Shown piece by piece: positions 58,766-64,000 of a stretch of DNA of 64,000 nt (position 1 is the stretch's first letter; the number at the start of each line of letters is the position of its first letter). Source of the DNA: a virus. The notes beneath the pieces were generated by a model, which was given only the letters and a program-made list of their open reading frames with translations, had not been told where the DNA came from and ran no database searches. The stretch lies in IMG/VR virus record IMGVR_UViG_3300035211_000097, positions 31,703 to 95,702 of that record; one strand, given 5' to 3'. The position numbers and the translations under genes were made by a program.

Positions 58766-60310
58766 ATGGCAAGGAATCGAAACAAGTCAAAAGCAAAGCG
58801 ACAGAACACAATGGCTAATTATGAAGCTACGTTGAGAAAGGTGAACAGTGTACTGCTTGATCCGAGGTGGCACGCACAGCAGTGGCGTGGAGTATCCGGG
58901 GTCAGGGAAAAGTTACTGAGTATAGACTTTGAAGTGCTGCGCAATGTGGTTGACAAGGTGCCTCTGATATCGGCAATCATAAATACAAGGCAGGATCAAA
59001 TATTACCTTTTTGCTCATATACAGAGGATGAAAGTAAGCAGGGGTACAAGTTTGAGTTGTCACCGGGAGAGAAAGGGGACATCAAAGACGATGAGGTAAT
59101 GCAGCTGGCCTTATTCTTTGATCAGACCGGGTTTAATGAAGACATGGAGAGGGAAGACGATCTGGCTGACTACATTCAGATGTTTATAAGGGACACGTAT
59201 ACCATTGATCAGGTGGCTACAGAGATACAGTATAATCGCATGGGTGAGGCTGTGGGGTTCTGGGCGTTGGACGGCGCAACGATCAAGAGGACGGATAATT
59301 CCGGGGAATTTCTCAGGGGTGTTCGGTTTGTTCAGGAGATAGAACAGCAAATTTATAACAAATATACTGCTGACAACATGATTTTTGATTATAAGAATAA
59401 GCGGAGTGATATCAGGTACAGAGGATACGGGTACAGTTTCGTGGAGCAGTGCGTTGATATCATTACCACGCTGCTTTTTGGATACAAATATATGCAGGAT
59501 CAGCTGGTCAAGGATAAGATGCCGAAGGGCTTTATTCAGGTCATGGGTGACGTGGGTCAGACGCAGCTTGACAGTATTCGGGCCTACTGGTATTCAGCCA
59601 TGGCAGGTGCAGGCGGTCAGTGGAACATTCCGATCTTGCCGAGTGGTAAAGATGGGGTGGGTATTGACTTTAAAACTCTCAGTCAGAGTAATAAGGATTT
59701 GGAATATCATAAACTCATGATGTTTATATCAAGTATTGTGGGTGCGGTGTTCGGGATTGATCTGGCAGAAATGGGTATGAAGTCAGACAATTCACAGACG
59801 GTTATTGCGGAGAACACAGCACCGAGGCTGGAATACTCGAAGAGTCGGGGCGTGGCTTCCATGCTGGCTTTTATACAGCAGCATCTGAATAAGATTCTCA
59901 GGAAGGTTACTACAAAATACCGATTTAAGTTTGTCGGTATTGAGCCTGAAGATGAACAGAAAAAAGCTGAGATTGATATCAAGCTGGTACAGACGAGGCT
60001 GACAGTAAACGAGATCAGGGAAAGGGAAGGGCTGGAAAAGCTGTCTGACAAATACGCTGATCTTATTCTGAACCCTCAGGCTATACAGGTTTATTTGGCA
60101 GAGCAGGGAGGTGGTTCTGGTGAAGATGACGGTTTCGGTGGTGGTGGATTCGATGATTACGGTGACGAGGATACAGGAGACAATGCCGATGAGAAAGATA
60201 CCGATACAGGAAATAAAAAAGATCAAGGAAAAGCTGAAGAGATGGAAAAGAGCTTATCCAGCTTCAGGAAGCTTACAGACAAAAAGGAAGTCACGGTTAC
60301 TATCAGATGA
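58766..60310 (+). CDS. Portal protein
   Basis: 514 aa; ALDGATI, YGYSFVE, PKGFI, LTVNEIREREGL; acidic C-terminal tail. Confidence 0.88.
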   Translation: MARNRNKSKAKRQNTMANYEATLRKVNSVLLDPRWHAQQWRGVSGVREKLLSIDFEVLRNVVDKVPLISAIINTRQDQILPFCSYTEDESKQGYKFELSPGEKGDIKDDEVMQLALFFDQTGFNEDMEREDDLADYIQMFIRDTYTIDQVATEIQYNRMGEAVGFWALDGATIKRTDNSGEFLRGVRFVQEIEQQIYNKYTADNMIFDYKNKRSDIRYRGYGYSFVEQCVDIITTLLFGYKYMQDQLVKDKMPKGFIQVMGDVGQTQLDSIRAYWYSAMAGAGGQWNIPILPSGKDGVGIDFKTLSQSNKDLEYHKLMMFISSIVGAVFGIDLAEMGMKSDNSQTVIAENTAPRLEYSKSRGVASMLAFIQQHLNKILRKVTTKYRFKFVGIEPEDEQKKAEIDIKLVQTRLTVNEIREREGLEKLSDKYADLILNPQAIQVYLAEQGGGSGEDDGFGGGGFDDYGDEDTGDNADEKDTDTGNKKDQGKAEEMEKSLSSFRKLTDKKEVTVTIR

Positions 60311-60348
60311 TATGTACCTTGATTAAATAAATCTCATGGAGGGATAAT

Positions 60349-60900
60349 ATGAGAGCAAAGTTTATATGTGAAAAAGTCATGAGGGTGGACGACACACAAG
60401 ACGTGAAACTGTCTGGTGAACTGGACATGATGGCCAGTAACCCGGCAGCTTCTGACTTCTTTAAAGAGGGCCAGTGTTATTATCTTGATTTTACACCTGC
60501 TGATGGTGAAGATGAACACAGTCAGTATGTAAAAGTACAACCGGAAGTAGGCGGTGAAATCAGGACAGGTAGAGACCCGGAAAAAGAGCCGTGCAGGACA
60601 TGTTTACATGTGTATGCTAAAGGAATACCTGATCCGTGTACTGATTGCATTGCCCCGGAGTTTGAGTATTATGAACCGGCTATGCCGGAAGCAGAAGCGG
60701 TTAATATAGCTGTAGAGGATGAGGGTGAAGTGGAGCCGGGCGGGGAGTTTACCTTGTCTGATGAAGAGCGGGCAGAGCTGAAAAAAGAATTCCCGGATGC
60801 AGAGCCTATGTGTGAATCTGACGGGGCCGAGGAAGAAAAGTGGCCTCAGTCGAAAGAAGATGATGAAGAAGAAACAAAAGAAGCGGAGTCCCTTGACTAA
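60349..60900 (+). CDS. Acidic hypothetical protein
   Basis: MRAKF..., NPAA...GQCYYLDFTP motif. Confidence 0.55.
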   Translation: MRAKFICEKVMRVDDTQDVKLSGELDMMASNPAASDFFKEGQCYYLDFTPADGEDEHSQYVKVQPEVGGEIRTGRDPEKEPCRTCLHVYAKGIPDPCTDCIAPEFEYYEPAMPEAEAVNIAVEDEGEVEPGGEFTLSDEERAELKKEFPDAEPMCESDGAEEEKWPQSKEDDEEETKEAESLD

Positions 60901-60950
60901 AGTTTGTATACTTTTACTCAAGGTATGGTATCTTGAGTAAAGGTATAAAG

Positions 60951-60981
60951 TAGTAACGCTTTTTATAGTCTTGTCGTATAG
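60951..60981 (+). promoter_or_regulatory. Putative phage-sigma promoter, copy 3
   Basis: TAGTAACG-N13-TGTCGTATAG. Confidence 0.6.
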
Positions 60982-61021
60982 TAATATGACAAGACTTTTT
61001 TATTGTGTGGAGGAAATTACA

Positions 61022-61399
61022 GTGGCACTTAAAAGAAATCAAACAGCATATGACAGGGTCATGGACAGTACAGATACAGAATATATCCGGGACATGGCCT
61101 GTCGGTATATTGAAAGGGAAGAGAGGGAACATAAAAGGACACAGATGCTTAAGTCTCTACTGGATCATGTGCTGTCAATGTTTGTGGATGCCGGGGCAGA
61201 GATTATGCAGACAGAGGATAACAGTCAGGGGATGCTGGACACTGTGCGCATGTTCTCAGAGATGCAAAAGGATGCAAACGATATAATGAGCATGCCACCG
61301 GATGAGTTTGCCAAACAGAAGATTAATTATATACGGACAAACTACCCTGAAAAATTCAGAAAGTATATGATGGATGCGTTCGGAGGTAAACAATCATGA
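61022..61399 (+). CDS. Hypothetical protein
   Basis: In-frame GTG 8 nt after GGAGG. Confidence 0.55.
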   Translation: MALKRNQTAYDRVMDSTDTEYIRDMACRYIEREEREHKRTQMLKSLLDHVLSMFVDAGAEIMQTEDNSQGMLDTVRMFSEMQKDANDIMSMPPDEFAKQKINYIRTNYPEKFRKYMMDAFGGKQS

Positions 61400-61866
61400 G
61401 TGATTATAAAGCAGGTCTTCAAAAACAGTTTGCAAACAGTCGGGAATATGCACAGAAGTCTGAAGAAATGTTTCAGCGACTCGACAAGATAAGCAGTGGT
61501 GCTACATATCAAGTACTGGAAGTGTTTGTTAATGAATGGATCAGGGGCAGGGCGTGTATAATTCCTTCTGGTGAATATTATAACAGGTATGGAAGAATTA
61601 CTTCTGCCATACTGGATGTTGAACACAGATTGGTGAACTCTGCTCATGTGTCGAACTTGAGAATTTTGGTATTGATACAGCCGTATGATTTGAAAAAGAA
61701 GGACGGGACGGTACTCTGGGATAGGGATGATGCTCGGAGGTATTACGATTTGAAGAAATGTTATAAGACACTTACTGATGAGTCAGTGGTTATTCGTACA
61801 TTGCAGAGGGTATCTGAGAAAGCAGATAATAATTATCTTGATCTGGATTCCAGTTGTGGTGAATAA
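61396..61866 (+). CDS. Hypothetical protein
   Basis: SD GGAGG, coupled. Confidence 0.55.
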   Translation: MSDYKAGLQKQFANSREYAQKSEEMFQRLDKISSGATYQVLEVFVNEWIRGRACIIPSGEYYNRYGRITSAILDVEHRLVNSAHVSNLRILVLIQPYDLKKKDGTVLWDRDDARRYYDLKKCYKTLTDESVVIRTLQRVSEKADNNYLDLDSSCGE

Positions 61867-61873
61867 TATTAGA

Positions 61874-61979
61874 GATAGAAGTGCCGGAGTGGTTAAACGG
61901 GCGTCCAGTTAAGTCTGGGTCGAGTAAACGGGGCAGGAGTGGAGACCTGTAGCGTGGGTTCGAATCCCACCTTCTGTCA
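61874..61979 (+). tRNA. Atypical class II tRNA-like element (anticodon not assignable)
   Basis: Acceptor GATAGAAG/CTTCTGTC, D-arm CCG-GAGTGGTTAAA-CGG, T-arm GTGGG-TTCGAAT-CCCAC, variable arm CAGG...CCTG; enlarged anticodon region; no encoded CCA. Confidence 0.6.
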
Positions 61980-62022
61980 AATCTTAATGTGAATGTGGTG
62001 AACAAATAGATTTGGAGGGAGT

Positions 62023-62394
62023 ATGAGTAAATGCAAATATTGTGGGTTTGTCGGAACAAACGATGAAATGATGCAACATGCTGGTGAATGTGAAATAATG
62101 TTAAAAGATTATCAGCCGTTATCGACGGAAGAAAAGAGAGAACACATGAAAGATAAACTTTTACCTGCGGACATTGAGAAATTATTTCGAGAAGAAACCG
62201 GAAACGATCTTATTTGTCCCGGAATAGATATTTATAGAGTGAATTTTATAGACTGGCTTAAAACAAATCTTTGCAAAGCATGGAACACCCGCCAGCCTGA
62301 GAAGGTGAAGCCAAATCTTAAAAAAATAACTTGTAATTCATGTAATGGCGAAGGCGGACATACTAATTGTCCAGATTGTAATAAGGATGGATGA
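62023..62394 (+). CDS. Hypothetical Cys-containing protein
   Basis: SD GGAGG. Confidence 0.55.
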   Translation: MSKCKYCGFVGTNDEMMQHAGECEIMLKDYQPLSTEEKREHMKDKLLPADIEKLFREETGNDLICPGIDIYRVNFIDWLKTNLCKAWNTRQPEKVKPNLKKITCNSCNGEGGHTNCPDCNKDG

Positions 62395-62639
62395 TTATGT
62401 ATTTGCAAGGAATTCATTTATCAATAAACACAAAGGATTTGAAAAATAGTTTGGGTCGGACGGTTAAGTATTTGTGTAAGAATGATATTGATAGATCAGG
62501 CCGGGGTTATATTTTTCCACGGATGGGAGTGATTACAGATGTTTATAAAAGGCACGTAGAGTTTGATCATTCTCAGGATTATATACATTTCAGTGATATG
62601 GAAGAAATAACGATCAGTGAGAAGGGAGGGGGAAAATGA
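62391..62639 (+). CDS. Hypothetical protein
   Basis: Coupled ORF. Confidence 0.5.
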   Translation: MIMYLQGIHLSINTKDLKNSLGRTVKYLCKNDIDRSGRGYIFPRMGVITDVYKRHVEFDHSQDYIHFSDMEEITISEKGGGK

Positions 62640-62881
62640 AGTGGGAAAGGATTGCAGGTAAAGAGTGTGGACAGCTGGGAGAGTTCACAGCTTTTCAGAT
62701 TTTTTACAATGGTATTGATGGAAGTAAGCCGGGTCGGAGGTATAATCTGGTGTGTAATCTACCGGGGGTACGACTATTAAATCCCTACAGTGATGATGAA
62801 GAAATCTTAAAGGGTTTAGCTGAACGTACGTGTCAGCGTTGGCTGGATTATGCTAATTTAAAGGAAGGTGATAATGGCTGA
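62636..62881 (+). CDS. Hypothetical protein
   Basis: SD GGAGG, coupled. Confidence 0.5.
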   Translation: MKWERIAGKECGQLGEFTAFQIFYNGIDGSKPGRRYNLVCNLPGVRLLNPYSDDEEILKGLAERTCQRWLDYANLKEGDNG

Positions 62882-63071
62882 GAAAAGATGCGGTAAACCA
62901 GCAAAGTTTCGGTATACATGGCCCGGTAATAATGAGGCTGTTGTTTGTGAAGATTGCGCTTTAAAAGTAAAAACGGTTGCTAATACATTGGGCTTTTACT
63001 TACAGATGATTGAGTTGAGTGAAGCAGACCAGCAGGTAGGATTCACCTGTACACAATTTATTGGGGAATAG
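62874..63071 (+). CDS. Hypothetical zinc-binding protein
   Basis: C...RYTWPG...CxxC. Confidence 0.5.
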   Translation: MAEKRCGKPAKFRYTWPGNNEAVVCEDCALKVKTVANTLGFYLQMIELSEADQQVGFTCTQFIGE

Positions 63072-63092
63072 AGCATGGGAAAGTGTAAAGCA

Positions 63093-63123
63093 TAGTAACG
63101 TTTTTCCTGTTATTGCCGTATAG
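63093..63123 (+). promoter_or_regulatory. Putative phage-sigma promoter, copy 4
   Basis: TAGTAACG-N13-TGCCGTATAG. Confidence 0.65.
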
Positions 63124-63141
63124 TATTTGTGAGGTGAATTT

Positions 63142-63702
63142 ATGTTGAGTATCGAACGAGACCAGACCAGAAAAATAAATCCAGTGTGTCCTATATGCGG
63201 TCATATAATATGGAGGGTAGATAAAGTGAAATATGATTATAATAACTTGCTGGCTGAAGCTATTGCTATTGTCAGTCATGAATATTCGTATGTGATGGAT
63301 AAGGGAGGAAAGCCATATATTTTGCATTGTCTCGCTGTGATGTATGGCGTAGAACATTTGGGGTCAAAGGCAATGATTACGGCTGTTCTGCATGATCTTA
63401 TAGAGGACTTCCCTGATAAGTGGTCTGTACAACGGTTAGCGTCGCATGGCTTTCCATTAGGTGTCACAGATGATCTGGATATTCTCTGTCATAAGAAAAT
63501 GAACAGTTATAAAGCGTATATAGATCGGGTTGCCTGTTTTCGGTTGCCTACTGAAATAAAGCTGGCAGATTTGAGACATAACATGCGACCGGAGAGGTTG
63601 CAGAGTTTGAACAAGAAGGACTTGGACAGGCAGGTAAAATATCACAAGGCGTATCAGAAATTACTGGAAGCCAAAAAAAAATTTGATGAAAGGGGATACT
63701 GA
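63142..63702 (+). CDS. HD-domain RelA/SpoT-type small alarmone hydrolase (Mesh1-like)
   Basis: DKGGKPYILH, LHDLIED and IKLADLRHN motifs. Confidence 0.8.
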   Translation: MLSIERDQTRKINPVCPICGHIIWRVDKVKYDYNNLLAEAIAIVSHEYSYVMDKGGKPYILHCLAVMYGVEHLGSKAMITAVLHDLIEDFPDKWSVQRLASHGFPLGVTDDLDILCHKKMNSYKAYIDRVACFRLPTEIKLADLRHNMRPERLQSLNKKDLDRQVKYHKAYQKLLEAKKKFDERGY

Positions 63703-63941
63703 TGAATACTGAGTATACAGCAGATGATTACACACATCGTTTAATGTGTAGACATTGTTTTGGTAAGAGTGTGAAACACTATTACATGAAGTGTATCAAG
63801 CTGGGTGAAACAAAATCGGGTAAGGTAAAGGTTCTTGTTTTTGGAGATCGTTACTGGGGCCGTCTGGAAGAACAGCGGATCAGATATGTATCTCCTGACA
63901 GGTTGTTGGCACGGCGTTCAGGTAGTCCGGTGGCTGAATAA
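63702..63941 (+). CDS. Hypothetical protein
   Basis: TGATG coupling. Confidence 0.5.
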   Translation: MNTEYTADDYTHRLMCRHCFGKSVKHYYMKCIKLGETKSGKVKVLVFGDRYWGRLEEQRIRYVSPDRLLARRSGSPVAE

Positions 63942-64000
63942 TCCAAGGTGAGAGTTGATGACTGATTATCTAAAGTACCGGGGCAAGTGCAAAGAGATGT

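Noticed and set aside
61874-61979. Assignment as tRNA-Sec, suppressor tRNA or tmRNA
   Set aside because: No TCA/CTA anticodon in a 7-nt loop, the D-arm is not Sec-like, and it is far too short for tmRNA.
1-64000. Minus-strand and nested ORFs in the six-frame track (e.g. 32235-33071, 29440-29901)
   Set aside because: They are shadows of well-supported + strand genes, without SD sites or recognisable motifs.
1-64000. Alternative genetic code (stop-codon reassignment)
   Set aside because: Core genes are full length under code 11 and terminate at TAA, TAG and TGA alike.

Overview
A 64-kb segment of a large, apparently lytic contractile-tailed phage (Caudoviricetes). Its structural module resembles SPO1/Herelleviridae-type myoviruses; the host cannot be assigned from the sequence. 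Essentially all credible genes are on the + strand. Order: neck, sheath, tube, tail chaperone with a probable +1 frameshift, tape measure, baseplate and three paralogous receptor-binding proteins (1-21.2 kb); a sigma-like factor and a replication/recombination module (initiator with internal ori-like repeats, DnaC-like loader, DnaB, DnaG, a tubulin/FtsZ-family GTPase, SSB, RecA, SbcCD, DinG-like helicase, 5'-3' exonuclease, UDG-PolA fusion) (22-40 kb); terminase (41-43.7 kb); an early accessory region (44-58 kb); portal (58.8-60.3 kb); more small genes, an atypical tRNA-like element and an HD-domain (p)ppGpp hydrolase-like gene. The most striking unexplained signal is non-coding. Two duplicated sigma70 promoters with conserved structured leaders drive an array of small genes separated by 11 copies of a covarying ~50-nt RNA hairpin. 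In 9 copies the hairpin sits at a fixed distance from a stop triplet, and six copies carry a mutually exclusive alternative hairpin. A 4-copy ECF-like promoter motif (TAGTAnCG-N13-TGYCGTATAG) and a structured ncRNA locus at ~50.8-51.05 kb are also visible. All protein calls come from motif recognition and synteny only; no database searches were run.
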